NCBI GenBank assembly: GCA_964015875.1
Contig: CAXHEV010000009.1
Coordinates: 7,497 to 71,496 of the forward strand
Direction of reading: 5' to 3'
From: an uncultured Candidatus Poseidoniales archaeon
GTDB lineage: Archaea; Thermoplasmatota; Poseidoniia; Poseidoniales; Poseidoniaceae
Length of the DNA: 64,000 bases
Shown here piece by piece: positions 41,218 through 51,374 of the stretch (its first letter is position 1; every line of letters begins with the position of its first letter). The position numbers were made by a program, and so were the translations under genes. Below the pieces are notes generated by a model. It made no database searches and had not been told where the DNA came from. It saw only the letters and a program-made list of their open reading frames with translations.

Positions 41218-43122
41218 TCACAGAAGCCGAACTGTTTCCAAGTTCTTCGGAGCGTATGTCCTGCACTTGTATCGTTCTCGGAGCGTGTGACCAAGTTCGT
41301 TACACTTGTGATAATCACCATGGTGGCAGATGATGTTCTTTGGCTTGGGCGACAACTGGTCGACGAAATCCAATAACTGACGACGGTCTGAATGGCCGGA
41401 GAAACCGTCAATAGTCACCATTTCGCAACCGATCTTGACAATCTCTGTCTTTCCGTTAATGATCATTGGAACTTCTCCAAATCCTTTCTGAAGACGGCGC
41501 CCAAGTGTTCCTTCTGCTTGGTAGCCTACGAAGCACAAGGAATTGCGGTCTTCATGGGCCCAATGTCGGAAATACTCCATCACCGGTCCGCCGTTAAGCA
41601 TACCAGAGGTAGCCAAAACAATGCATGGTGAATTGTCCATAATGATGCTCTCACGAAGTTCTCGACCCTTTACAGGGCGGAACCATTCGCTAGTGAACGG
41701 GTTTTCTCCGTCGTCTTTGAGCAGGGACTTTCGCAAGCTACTGGTCAGATAGTCAGGATGTGATGCGTGAATAGCAGTCGCTTCCTGAATCATACCATCC
41801 AACCAAACTGGGACTGGTTTGACTTGACCGGAGCGGAACAGTTCATCGATGGCGATCATGACTTCTTGACTTCGTCCAACAGCAAACACTGGGCAGATGA
41901 GTTTCCCACCACGAGCAATGGTCCTAGAGACAATGTCTTGGAGTTCTTGGTTGGCTTCTTGGCGAGAGGGTTGATAGTCGCCAGATGCCCCGTATGTTGA
42001 TTCAATAACGAGTGTCTCAACACGAGGGAAGCGAGTGTTGGCTGCATCGAAAAGCCACGATTTCTCGTACTTTTGGTCGCCGCTGAAGACGATGTTGTGC
42101 TTGCCATCACCGATGTGAAGGTGGACAGCAGAAGAACCGAGAATATGACCTGCGTTAGAGAACGTCAGTTTGATGTCCGGTGCGATGTCAGTTGTCTCGC
42201 CCCAGTTTACATCGACCACGTGCTTCATGCATGTGCGGATGTCTTCCATGTCATATGGAGCTCGCTTTCCTTCTGAGCCTCCGACCTTCAGGTAGTCAGT
42301 CTGGAGCAGGAGCATCAAATCCCGGGTTGGGGGGGTACAGTACACTGGACCACGGTATCCATACTTGAACAGCACAGGGAGCATGCCCGCATGGTCAAGG
42401 TGAGAGTGAGTCAACACAACAGCATCCAATTTCTCGAGTGGTAGGGCTTCTGGTGCTGTGAAGTACGGCATTGGATCTGTATCCGAAGCAATATTGACAC
42501 CGACATCGATCATGACACGAGATTCGTTGGTTGTCACGAAGTGGCAAGCACGGCCAACTTCTCGGTAGGAACCGAGTGCTGTGACTCGAGCCCAAGCGGA
42601 TCCTGGACGTTGCGGTCGGTGAATGTTCAAACCGAAGTCCTTGAGCAGCTTTCTGCGTTCTGTAGAATTGGCTTGGCGGTATCCACGGATGTCATGGACC
42701 GTTTTGGAAATAATCGGAGAGGTGCGTTCAACCTTGACCAACCAGCCGGTTTGATCACGAATTGCGTTGAGGTTAGCTCCACGTCGGCCGACGGCTTCGC
42801 CAGGGTTCATGCATTGGATGATGATTTCACGGTAGCATGCATCAAAGTACAGGTTTGTGATTTCAGCTTCCTCTGGAACGATTTCGTGAACGAGTTTCTT
42901 TGCTTCATCTTCGCTCTTCATGATCGATTCATCTGGCCGGAGGACAATCTTTCGCTTGACACGCTTGGCAATTTTTCCAATCAATCCGTCGCCACCACCG
43001 AACTTGGCAGGGACAGGTGTTACGATTGCAATGTTTCCTGCCTCAAGTTCCACCGTGTAGGGAATGTCCTTGGGGACGACTTTTGCAATCTGGTCTTTCA
43101 GTTCTTTAAACGTAAGGCGCAT
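41218..43122 (-). CDS. fttA: Beta-CASP ribonuclease aCPSF1 (transcription termination factor FttA)
   Basis: Two KH domains; LGSYREVGRAC; THSHLDH; AGHILGS; GFSGHSD; NLETVRLL; downstream of proteasome beta. Confidence 0.96.
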   Translation of the reverse strand: MRLTFKELKDQIAKVVPKDIPYTVELEAGNIAIVTPVPAKFGGGDGLIGKIAKRVKRKIVLRPDESIMKSEDEAKKLVHEIVPEEAEITNLYFDACYREIIIQCMNPGEAVGRRGANLNAIRDQTGWLVKVERTSPIISKTVHDIRGYRQANSTERRKLLKDFGLNIHRPQRPGSAWARVTALGSYREVGRACHFVTTNESRVMIDVGVNIASDTDPMPYFTAPEALPLEKLDAVVLTHSHLDHAGMLPVLFKYGYRGPVYCTPPTRDLMLLLQTDYLKVGGSEGKRAPYDMEDIRTCMKHVVDVNWGETTDIAPDIKLTFSNAGHILGSSAVHLHIGDGKHNIVFSGDQKYEKSWLFDAANTRFPRVETLVIESTYGASGDYQPSRQEANQELQDIVSRTIARGGKLICPVFAVGRSQEVMIAIDELFRSGQVKPVPVWLDGMIQEATAIHASHPDYLTSSLRKSLLKDDGENPFTSEWFRPVKGRELRESIIMDNSPCIVLATSGMLNGGPVMEYFRHWAHEDRNSLCFVGYQAEGTLGRRLQKGFGEVPMIINGKTEIVKIGCEMVTIDGFSGHSDRRQLLDFVDQLSPKPKNIICHHGDYHKCNELGHTLRERYKCRTYAPKNLETVRLL

Positions 43123-43127
43123 AGTGT

Positions 43128-43206
43128 TCACCGTTTTCCCGTGCTCGCACAAAACATCGTGCACCGACCCCGAGTGGGGATGCAGCGTTGAGCTGCGGGA
43201 AGGTGA
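43128..43206 (-). promoter_or_regulatory. Structured leader (three hairpins in an outer stem) sequestering the SD of aCPSF1
   Basis: Outer UCACC/GGUGA and UUCCCG/CGGGAA; inner CAGC/GCUG, CCCC/GGGG, GCAC/GUGC. Confidence 0.55.
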
Positions 43207-43217
43207 GAGGAGAAATC

Positions 43218-43847
43218 TCAAGCGAGGAGCTTGTCGATTTCGCCTTGTTCAATGGCAACATAGCCGTCTTTTGCTGTAATGACAGCCAAATCCATGCCGT
43301 TGCCGGAGGCTGCATCACGCTGCCCCGATGCGTGAAGGGCGCGGGCAGCAAGTTTCAATGCATCGGTCCGAGACATGCCTTCGCTGAAGCCGTCTTCGAG
43401 GACACCGTACATGTAAGGTGAGCCGGATCCAGTCGCACAGTACGAGTCTGGAATGGAGCCACCAGCGGAGTCAATGGAGTAAACGTGGCCGCCTTCATCA
43501 TCAACACCAACAATCAGGAGTTGAACCCAGTGAGGTCGACCCGAGAGGATGTTGGCAGTGAGGGTAGCTGCGCCCTTGACCGTCATAGGTTGCTGACGGC
43601 GGAGCTGGAAAAGTGAAACCTCGGCAGCGAGCGTCCGGGAGAGGGATTGTGCGTGACCGACAAGGCCCGCAGTGGTGAGCGCAAGGTTGTCACCAATCTT
43701 GAATAATTTCTGCACGCTTTTGTTGGCGATGAAGTGACCCATAGTGGCACGATGGTCTGCTCCAACCACAACTCCACCGTCGAAGGTGATGCCGATTGTG
43801 CTTGTTCCTGTTTTCAGTACGTTTGGTTGGTTCTCCATCATCATCAA
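43218..43847 (-). CDS. psmB: Proteasome subunit beta
   Basis: Pro-peptide ending KTG|TSTIGI; ADHRAT; TGSGS; RDAASG. Confidence 0.96.
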   Translation of the reverse strand: MMMMENQPNVLKTGTSTIGITFDGGVVVGADHRATMGHFIANKSVQKLFKIGDNLALTTAGLVGHAQSLSRTLAAEVSLFQLRRQQPMTVKGAATLTANILSGRPHWVQLLIVGVDDEGGHVYSIDSAGGSIPDSYCATGSGSPYMYGVLEDGFSEGMSRTDALKLAARALHASGQRDAASGNGMDLAVITAKDGYVAIEQGEIDKLLA

Positions 43848-44016
43848 TCCACTCTCTAAGCCGACACCTATTGAAGGTTGAGGCGCAACATTGTGTCATT
43901 GACCGCCCCTTATCAACCCGCCGAAGACTGCGGATGGCGAAGGGAGGAATGCAAACCACAGCCATAGATGCCAAATCATGGGAGTCTTCTTGAGGTGCCG
44001 ACTTTACTAGCATCCT

Positions 44017-44637
44017 ATGCGAAGGCGGAAGAAGGGCAAACGCGATGAGGCTCAAGCCTCACTCGACGCCTTTACCCAGCCGTCTAAACCAGCTGATTCT
44101 CCTACCGAACCGAACGTCCCATCGATGCCAGACCTCGACGTGTTAACCAAAGCAGACGAAATGCTTCGACAAGAAGACCAGGCAGCACAAGCAGGTGTTG
44201 AAGTTGACGAGCCCCTAAGAAGTTTTGAGATGCCGAGCATGCACAAACAACTTTCTGCAAGTCCAGTACCAACAACCACGCAATTTCTCGATTTAGGCAA
44301 GCGCTACCCGTACCCACCAATTCCGATTGAGGGTGGTGGACTTGTGCTGCATAGGGCAGTCCTCAAGGACCTCACAGGGTGCGGAACATTACTGAATTGG
44401 GTCGCCGATGGTCATGCCGTGATTGTAGAAATGAATCGATTGATGAAGCGTACTGTTGAATTCAATGCCGCGATCGAACAATTGAATCAGTTCATAGGCA
44501 ATGATTTGGGTGGTGAAATTCTCAAGATGACACACACACGATTGCTTCTCCTTCCGCCCGGATGCCGCGGTGTGAACGGTGTGGACATGGAAGCCTTCGC
44601 TGTGGATCCCGGAAACTTCAGCGAGGGTGCGTTGTAA
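44017..44637 (+). CDS. sepF: Cell-division protein SepF (archaeal), long disordered N-terminus
   Basis: C-terminal ...DGHAVIVEM...L......GGEI......LLLLPPG; usual adjacency to ZPR1. Confidence 0.7.
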   Translation: MRRRKKGKRDEAQASLDAFTQPSKPADSPTEPNVPSMPDLDVLTKADEMLRQEDQAAQAGVEVDEPLRSFEMPSMHKQLSASPVPTTTQFLDLGKRYPYPPIPIEGGGLVLHRAVLKDLTGCGTLLNWVADGHAVIVEMNRLMKRTVEFNAAIEQLNQFIGNDLGGEILKMTHTRLLLLPPGCRGVNGVDMEAFAVDPGNFSEGAL

Positions 44638-45287
44638 TGGAAGAGCAGCCTGTCAACATCCCTTGCCCCATTTGCCATGTCGAGGGGAAAGTCTACATGA
44701 TTGCACATGTGGATGAAATACCATACTTCGGCGAACACACACAAGTCACCGTACTCTGCCATTCGTGCGGTTGGCGGCAGACGGATTTCATTCCTGCGGA
44801 GGGGAAAAAACCCGGCGGTTGGAGCCTTGTGGTCAATTCACCCGAGACCCTCTCAGCACGTGTTATACGCTCTTCTTCGTGCACTGTGAAGGTACCAGAA
44901 CTCGATCTTGAAGTGGCCCCGGGAAGCAACGCAACGGGATATGTAAGCAATGTTGAGGGCGTACTCAATCGATTCATTGACATTATTCAAATGGTGCTTC
45001 GTGATTTGCAATCTGAAGTTGAGAACATCAGCAAAAATGCACCCCTTGAAGACGCAAGCCTTGAGGAGGCGGTGGCATCAGTGTCGACCTTGATGAACAT
45101 GCTTGAGCAGATCAACACGGTTGGAGAGGACAACGAAACGTCACTTACCCTTGAGTTGCTTGACCCTCACGGCCACTCGATGATCATCCATGAGGAGGCA
45201 CTCCACCGTGAATTGGATGAGGAGGAACTGTTGGCTTTACCTGTTGGACCCGACCCTGCAGTCTTTTCTTCAGACGATGAAGCCTAG
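44637..45287 (+). CDS. ZPR1 zinc-finger protein
   Basis: CPIC, IPYFGE, CHSCGW, VIRSS, GYVSNVEGVL, DPHGHS. Confidence 0.93.
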   Translation: MEEQPVNIPCPICHVEGKVYMIAHVDEIPYFGEHTQVTVLCHSCGWRQTDFIPAEGKKPGGWSLVVNSPETLSARVIRSSSCTVKVPELDLEVAPGSNATGYVSNVEGVLNRFIDIIQMVLRDLQSEVENISKNAPLEDASLEEAVASVSTLMNMLEQINTVGEDNETSLTLELLDPHGHSMIIHEEALHRELDEEELLALPVGPDPAVFSSDDEA

Positions 45288-46673
45288 TCAACGAGCGTCG
45301 TTGGCCAAGAATTCCTCAACCAAGTGCGCTGTTTGGTCTCGCATCTCGTGGAGTTGACCTAGCCAATCAACGGCCCGATCAATGCACAGTTGCTTCATCT
45401 CACCGGCAAGAAGTTTACCCGAACGATATTGTGCGTTGATTTCGCCAAGGTAGTCATCGTCTTCCTCGAAGAAGTACATCATGTACTGGTAGGCGACGTC
45501 AATGTCTGGGTTCCCACCAAGCCTTCGATGTTCTTCAATGGTTGATTGACCGCCTGAGAATGCTCGCTTAATCTTCTTCTCGACTGTCGCAAGATCATCG
45601 CGCAAAAAGAGCGTCGTTTTTGGCTTGCTGCTGCTCATTTTCTCTCCAGTCATACCCACAGCGAAATGATGGTATGTTGAGGAAGGTGCAAGAAGGCCCA
45701 TGCCACCCAGACTTCGTTCGTAAGCCAAGAGCTTCATTCGAATCATGGTCTTGTCTCGCTTGGTAGCGCTTGGAACGTTAACAGTGCCTTGTTTTGGATT
45801 AGAGGTAATGTCGGAATAGCCTAGTTCGGTGAGGCATTTGACAATGCCTGCGAACACATCATTGAGCTTTTGCTTGTCAATGCGTCCGTTTGGCATTTGT
45901 CCCAGAACTGCTGCATTCTCGTCGTGAACCGATAGGGTGATACTCACGCCTGAATGCTTTCCTTCACTGACATTGAACCAGTTTGTCTTCGCAGCGAGTC
46001 CGCGCGTTAAGCGAAGATGTGGATCTTGGTCGACACCGACTGGAACGACAATTGGTCGAAGGCCACCATAGTCTTCTGTTTGAGGATGTAAGATATCACC
46101 TACTTGGACCATAGGTGCTTGTACATGGGCGAGATTTGTATCTCCACCAAAACCGTAAATCGATTCAAATTCGTTTAGATTGGTTCGCTTGCCGAGTTGG
46201 AAACCGAGCCGTTGCACGACGGGTCGAGATGATTGGAAGTAGACATTTGTCCGCTCAACATCAAGGCCAAGAGCGGCGTAGTTTGCGATGTATTCCTCAA
46301 GGGCAATCGCACGTCCTTTTTCCAACGAAACACCACGGGTTGCTTGGCTTTCAAGGTCAGCCACAGCAATCGTCACATCGCCGCCTTGTTGTTGGAACCA
46401 TTTGACTTGGTCGATCACCATCGAATGCCCAAGATGCATTTGTCCACTGGGCATCAATCCTGTAAGCACACCAAATCCATCGCCTTTGCGCTGGGCATCA
46501 AGCACTTGATCGAGGTCACGATGTGCAAACACGATGCCTCTTCGATGCAGGCGAGAAGGATTCTCCATAGTGATGTTGTCCATGGAGGAGAGACCAAATT
46601 GCTCGATTATACGGTCGTAATCCGTAGATTGAGCGCTTCCCCAAGGGTCAATCACAACGTCATCTTGAGCCAT
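45288..46673 (-). CDS. trpS: Tryptophan--tRNA ligase
   Basis: GLMPSGQMHLGH, PVGVDQDPH, KMSSS, GGNPD. Confidence 0.96.
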   Translation of the reverse strand: MAQDDVVIDPWGSAQSTDYDRIIEQFGLSSMDNITMENPSRLHRRGIVFAHRDLDQVLDAQRKGDGFGVLTGLMPSGQMHLGHSMVIDQVKWFQQQGGDVTIAVADLESQATRGVSLEKGRAIALEEYIANYAALGLDVERTNVYFQSSRPVVQRLGFQLGKRTNLNEFESIYGFGGDTNLAHVQAPMVQVGDILHPQTEDYGGLRPIVVPVGVDQDPHLRLTRGLAAKTNWFNVSEGKHSGVSITLSVHDENAAVLGQMPNGRIDKQKLNDVFAGIVKCLTELGYSDITSNPKQGTVNVPSATKRDKTMIRMKLLAYERSLGGMGLLAPSSTYHHFAVGMTGEKMSSSKPKTTLFLRDDLATVEKKIKRAFSGGQSTIEEHRRLGGNPDIDVAYQYMMYFFEEDDDYLGEINAQYRSGKLLAGEMKQLCIDRAVDWLGQLHEMRDQTAHLVEEFLANDAR

Positions 46674-46730
46674 AGAGTCACCTCGGATGACTGCGCCTCT
46701 CGACTTCCTTGCATCAAGGCTTCGCCCTCT

Positions 46731-47999
46731 TTAGGGCTCCTCGGTTGGATTTTGGGGCTCAGCCAGTGTGCGGCCCTCCCGCTTTGCAAGTGGCCCCAAT
46801 CCTTCACGCTTGAGCACAAGCAGCATACCAACAATGGTGCTCAGCGCAACACCAACAGCGACATACTGCAGCCAAACTGAATCGCCGAGTCCTTCTCTTG
46901 GCTCGACCAGCCATGTGAACACAAGATGATCATCATCAACAAAACGTTTTGACCATTTGAATAAGTCATAGGTTTCATGCGCAGCGATAGTTACTGCTGT
47001 TGAATGATTGTTGAAGAATGAAGTGCGACCAATGACGTCATACTCAGTCGTACCATCGAAGGTGATTTCGACAGCGTGACCGTTCAGAACAGAAAGATGC
47101 AAGTGTTCCCCTGAATGTTGGAAATAGCCCTCAGTGCTCTTGCGAATCCCGCTGATGTTGGCTAACGCTCCCGATTCACTCTGAACAGAAACCACATCCG
47201 CACCGTTGAAGTCAAGCGTCCAAGTAATGGGTACATTCCATGCCTCAGGGTTCATGGAAGTGCACTCTTGGGTGACCAGAGATTCGAATGTTAGAACAGA
47301 CTGGTTCGCTTCAGTTCGAACCGAGTGGCTAAACTCATGGCATTTACTTACCGTCCAATAGGACCAGGCTTCGCCCCATGTGGTGAACCATACATCTTCA
47401 ACTTGCGAAAGATAATCTGTGATATCTCGATCATGGCGAATTGAAGCATCATTCACTCGACCAATCCAGTAAAGATTGACCAAGCCGCCCTCCTCAACCG
47501 CTGTTTGTACTTCTTCAACAGAGCCGATGATTTGCTCTAAGGAACCACCTCGACGCCCGAGATTGTACCAATCCCACTTGTCGTTTGGCTCATCTGTAGC
47601 GTTGTGCCAGGCGGTAGTGCTCAACCCAGTCTGGTCGCCGTGCACAACAAATCCTTGGCCTGCAACAGTTGTATGTTGGGCCATTGTCAAGCCGTCTGGA
47701 GTGTAGGTCGAGATGGGGCGACTGTCCCAACTGCTTGCCCTCACTCGCTCTTCGATGTAAGTGCGGCATTCGAGTGCTACAGCACCTGGGTCGGCTTGCC
47801 AAGACAAATCTGGAATGCTGTGGCAGCCAAATTCATCACCAAGGTCCAAGCGATCTTGAGCAAGGGTGGTGGTGAGCCACCCATCTTCTTTCCATGCTGT
47901 GTCTGCAAGAGCAACTGGACTCCAAGCCACACACACCAAACTGGCAAGGACACTCAACGTCAACATTCGATGAACCGACGATGTATGGGGCCCGTTCAT
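46731..47999 (-). CDS. Secreted, C-terminally anchored hypothetical protein
   Basis: Signal peptide; VWFTTWGE; C-terminal TM followed by KR. Confidence 0.75.
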   Translation of the reverse strand: MNGPHTSSVHRMLTLSVLASLVCVAWSPVALADTAWKEDGWLTTTLAQDRLDLGDEFGCHSIPDLSWQADPGAVALECRTYIEERVRASSWDSRPISTYTPDGLTMAQHTTVAGQGFVVHGDQTGLSTTAWHNATDEPNDKWDWYNLGRRGGSLEQIIGSVEEVQTAVEEGGLVNLYWIGRVNDASIRHDRDITDYLSQVEDVWFTTWGEAWSYWTVSKCHEFSHSVRTEANQSVLTFESLVTQECTSMNPEAWNVPITWTLDFNGADVVSVQSESGALANISGIRKSTEGYFQHSGEHLHLSVLNGHAVEITFDGTTEYDVIGRTSFFNNHSTAVTIAAHETYDLFKWSKRFVDDDHLVFTWLVEPREGLGDSVWLQYVAVGVALSTIVGMLLVLKREGLGPLAKREGRTLAEPQNPTEEP

Positions 48000-48205
48000 G
48001 GATGAGGGTCAAGCCCGAATGTTTTGATTCTTCGCACCAAGTTCGCATTCATTTGCTATCGAAGAATCACCACATCTAGGCTCACCATTGCGGGAAGCCA
48101 TAAATCCCATCATTCGGCCGAAGCATCATGGACACGCATGGGAGCCTTGCTTCTGCCTGGATGTCCATGGAGCAACACTGGCGCATCCCAACCACTGGTG
48201 TGAAG

Positions 48206-48913
48206 ATGCCAAAAACACCGAGTTACAGCCTATTACGATGGGTGATCTCACCACTGCTCCGCCCAATTGTCAATACCAAAATCAACGGAGTTGAACGCAT
48301 TCCAAGAAAGGGAGCAGTAATTTTGGCCGCCAATCATCTATCCCATGTTGACCCAATCATGGTCATCGCCTCTGCCCGCCGTCCAGTCCGCTACCTAGCA
48401 AAGGACGGGCACTTCCGCAACGCGGCACTTCGCACCCTCATGAGGGCAACAGGACAGATTGAAACAAAACGGGACGAGGGCGGAGAGCAAGCCTTGTCGA
48501 ACGCTGCCGATGTCCTCCATGCAGATGCTGCCTTGGGGATCTTCCCAGAGGGGACTCGATCAAAGCGAACTGAAGCACCATTCTTACTCCCCGGCAAAAC
48601 CGGTGCAGCAAGGCTTGCCGCATCCTATCCACACGCCGTCGTTGTACCAATTGCTCTGCTAGGCACACGCGACGTCATGGAACCTCAACGACATAAATGG
48701 CCCCGCTTGTATCGGAAAATCACCATGAACGTTGGCGAAGGCGTGACGTGGCTTGCGTGGTTGGGCCACGAACACGGCGGAGGGATGACGAAGGAAAGCC
48801 TAGAGGAAATAGCCGGACTTGAGGACCATGAAATCCGAGCGCAACTCGCACAACTTTACCGCAAATTCACCGACCAATTGATGGAAAGTATGCTTCAACT
48901 TGGGGCGCCGTAA
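48206..48913 (+). CDS. plsC: Lysophospholipid acyltransferase (PlsC family)
   Basis: ANHLSHVD (HX4D), LAK, IFPEGTRS, GKTGAARLA, VVPIA. Start may be 48128-48206. Confidence 0.9.
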   Translation: MPKTPSYSLLRWVISPLLRPIVNTKINGVERIPRKGAVILAANHLSHVDPIMVIASARRPVRYLAKDGHFRNAALRTLMRATGQIETKRDEGGEQALSNAADVLHADAALGIFPEGTRSKRTEAPFLLPGKTGAARLAASYPHAVVVPIALLGTRDVMEPQRHKWPRLYRKITMNVGEGVTWLAWLGHEHGGGMTKESLEEIAGLEDHEIRAQLAQLYRKFTDQLMESMLQLGAP

Positions 48914-48937
48914 TTTGATTGTTTAATTAATGTCGAA

Positions 48938-49633
48938 TTGGTAGCGTGTGTGAAACCTATAGCAACTCAGCTTGGTCAACTGAATCTACTAAGCGGTGCC
49001 TGTGAACAACAAATTGAAGCAGAATTACGAGGTTTAAGCCTCCTGATCGACATTGTCAACCAGTCACCAAACTGGGGAATTGAAAATCATTCTGAACGAC
49101 CTTTTCTCGTCTCAAGAGATGGTGCACCAGGTATTTCAGTGGACATATTCGAGTCGATGAAAGCAAGGGTTCTCGGGGGTGATCCCCACTTGAAAATTAG
49201 CATGGCGATGAAAGAAGTCTGTGTCTTGAGAAAAGAATCTGATGTATTGACACCGTCAACAGATTCCATGGTTAGTCTTGTCTTGCTTGGAAATATGGAC
49301 TGGCCGTTGAGCCATACGCCGACGACATTGAAGAAAAAATCGATTGCTCAGAAAGAACTACCAAGGGAGTTCATCGCAGATGACATCTACTACAACGAAA
49401 CCGATCACCGAGCGATCGAAGCATCGCAGAAGGAGTATGCTGCTGGTCGACAGATGAATGCCATTTCTCTCCTCGGTGCGATGGCTCGTCGGTGGTATGT
49501 ATGCCGTGATTGGCCCTTTGAAGTCATACGCCCGCTGATTGGTGAGGTGCTCTCAGATTATGACCAGGTTCATGTGCGTCAATACATCGAAAACCCGCAG
49601 TGCTCGGATGATGATTTGTTCATTCAACTCTGA
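48938..49633 (+). CDS. Hypothetical protein
   Basis: 231-aa ORF filling the gap; no recognised motif. Confidence 0.65.
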   Translation: MVACVKPIATQLGQLNLLSGACEQQIEAELRGLSLLIDIVNQSPNWGIENHSERPFLVSRDGAPGISVDIFESMKARVLGGDPHLKISMAMKEVCVLRKESDVLTPSTDSMVSLVLLGNMDWPLSHTPTTLKKKSIAQKELPREFIADDIYYNETDHRAIEASQKEYAAGRQMNAISLLGAMARRWYVCRDWPFEVIRPLIGEVLSDYDQVHVRQYIENPQCSDDDLFIQL

Positions 49634-49690
49634 AGCAAACCCATCACGAACCCTCAAGTGCCTCCGTTCTAACCGAGGTGTGGTGAGTCC

Positions 49691-50485
49691 ATGCAAGAGT
49701 ACCATGAACTGATTCAAAGAATCCTTGACGAGGGTGAAGAGAAAGGTGACCGCACGGGTACAGGAACACTTTCTGTGTTCGGCCACCAAATGCGATTTGA
49801 CCTCTCGAAGGGCTTCCCTATGGTGACCACCAAGAAGTTGCACCTGCGCTCAATCGTTCATGAATTGCTGTGGTTTTTGAAAGGCGATACGAACGTAGCC
49901 TATCTCCAAGAAAATGGTGTCCGAATTTGGAACGAATGGGCCGATGAAAATGGGGATTTGGGTCCTGTCTACGGAAAACAGTGGCGACGCTGGGAATCAA
50001 AGGACGGACGCATCATCGATCAGGTCGAACAAGCCATTGACATGATCAAGAACAATCCAAACAGCCGTAGAATTATCGTCTCGGCTTGGAACGTTGGTGA
50101 ACTTGACGAAATGGCGCTTATGCCCTGTCACGCATTCTTCCAATTTCATGTGGCCAACGGGAAACTTAACTGCCAACTTTACCAAAGAAGCGCAGATGTC
50201 TTTCTTGGCGTTCCCTTCAACATTGCATCCTATGCATTGCTGACGCACATGATGGCACAAGTGTGCGGCCTCAAGGCTGGTACATTTGTCCACACGCTCG
50301 GTGATGCGCATCTTTACAGCAATCATCTTGAGCAAGCCAACCTCCAAATCACTCGGGAGCCGATGACTTTGCCCCAACTCAAACTTAACCCCAACATCAC
50401 CGATATCGACGGGTTCAGCTACGATGACATCGAAGTCGTTGGCTATGAGCACCATCCGCATATTTCAGCACCGATTGCCGTGTGA
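49691..50485 (+). CDS. thyA: Thymidylate synthase (bacterial-type ThyA)
   Basis: DRTGTGT, TTKK, ELLWF, PVYG.QWR, PCH, YQRSAD.FLGVPFN. Confidence 0.98.
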   Translation: MQEYHELIQRILDEGEEKGDRTGTGTLSVFGHQMRFDLSKGFPMVTTKKLHLRSIVHELLWFLKGDTNVAYLQENGVRIWNEWADENGDLGPVYGKQWRRWESKDGRIIDQVEQAIDMIKNNPNSRRIIVSAWNVGELDEMALMPCHAFFQFHVANGKLNCQLYQRSADVFLGVPFNIASYALLTHMMAQVCGLKAGTFVHTLGDAHLYSNHLEQANLQITREPMTLPQLKLNPNITDIDGFSYDDIEVVGYEHHPHISAPIAV

Positions 50486-50494
50486 GGTGCTCAA

Positions 50495-50962
50495 ATGTTC
50501 ACAATGATTTTTGCTTGCGATACCAATGGCGCCATTGGAAAAGATGGCGACTTGCCTTGGCGGCAGTCAAGCGATTTGCAACACTTCAAGCAAGTGACCA
50601 TGTCAAAAACCATCGTCATGGGCAGAAAAACCTGGGATAGTCTTCCAAAAGCCTTGCCCGGACGGCGCAACATCGTCATGTCAAGAACATCACGAGAGGA
50701 CGTCGAAGTGCTCGATTACGATGCGATCCTCGCCCTTGGCGAAGATGAGGAAATCATGATCATTGGCGGCGGCGAGATTTATGCCTTATTCATGGACCAC
50801 GCAAAAGAAATTCACAAGACCATCATTCACACAGCGGTTGAAGACGCAGATACATTTGCCCCCTCAATGGAAGGTGAAGGCTTCCACCTGATTGGTGAGC
50901 GGCATGTCCCTGCAGGTCCGAGGGACGAACATCCAATGACATTCCAACACTGGATTCGCTGA
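50495..50962 (+). CDS. folA: Dihydrofolate reductase
   Basis: IGKDGDLPW, MGRKTW, LPGRRN, IIGGGEIY, DTF. Confidence 0.96.
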   Translation: MFTMIFACDTNGAIGKDGDLPWRQSSDLQHFKQVTMSKTIVMGRKTWDSLPKALPGRRNIVMSRTSREDVEVLDYDAILALGEDEEIMIIGGGEIYALFMDHAKEIHKTIIHTAVEDADTFAPSMEGEGFHLIGERHVPAGPRDEHPMTFQHWIR

Positions 50963-51349
50963 TCATTCATCTGGCGAGTATTCAGTCACCCGAAGACCCA
51001 GACGGCCTTGACGAGATGGACGCTGCATGATTTTGGCGTACTTTGCTTCAAAAGCTGCCTTGAGGTCTACTTCCATAGCGACGGCGTGCCCCATCATCAA
51101 CAGAAGGACATCGGCCATTTCTTCAGCACAATCTTCCAGCGGTTTGCCTTTGGTCACTGCCGCTGCAAATTCACCGAGTTCTTCAACGGTAAGCGCAATT
51201 CTATACCCCATATCATGCCCGTTGTTGGCCTCAAAGTCATGTTTGTGGTGAAAGGCAGCGACCTTCTTCATCATCACGTCCCATTCGTGTTCAGGCTCAT
51301 AGGCCATCCATTCGTCAACACTCTTTCCTTGCATGGCATTGCCTCGCAT
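50963..51349 (-). CDS. MazG-like nucleotide pyrophosphohydrolase
   Basis: EELGEF...EEMADV. Confidence 0.85.
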   Translation of the reverse strand: MRGNAMQGKSVDEWMAYEPEHEWDVMMKKVAAFHHKHDFEANNGHDMGYRIALTVEELGEFAAAVTKGKPLEDCAEEMADVLLLMMGHAVAMEVDLKAAFEAKYAKIMQRPSRQGRLGLRVTEYSPDE

Positions 51350-51374
51350 CGAAGGAGGTTAATGCCTTCGATGC

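Noticed and set aside
43128-43206. Cloverleaf as a tRNA gene
   Set aside because: No TTC(G/A)A loop, D-loop GG or CCA; kept as a regulatory candidate instead.
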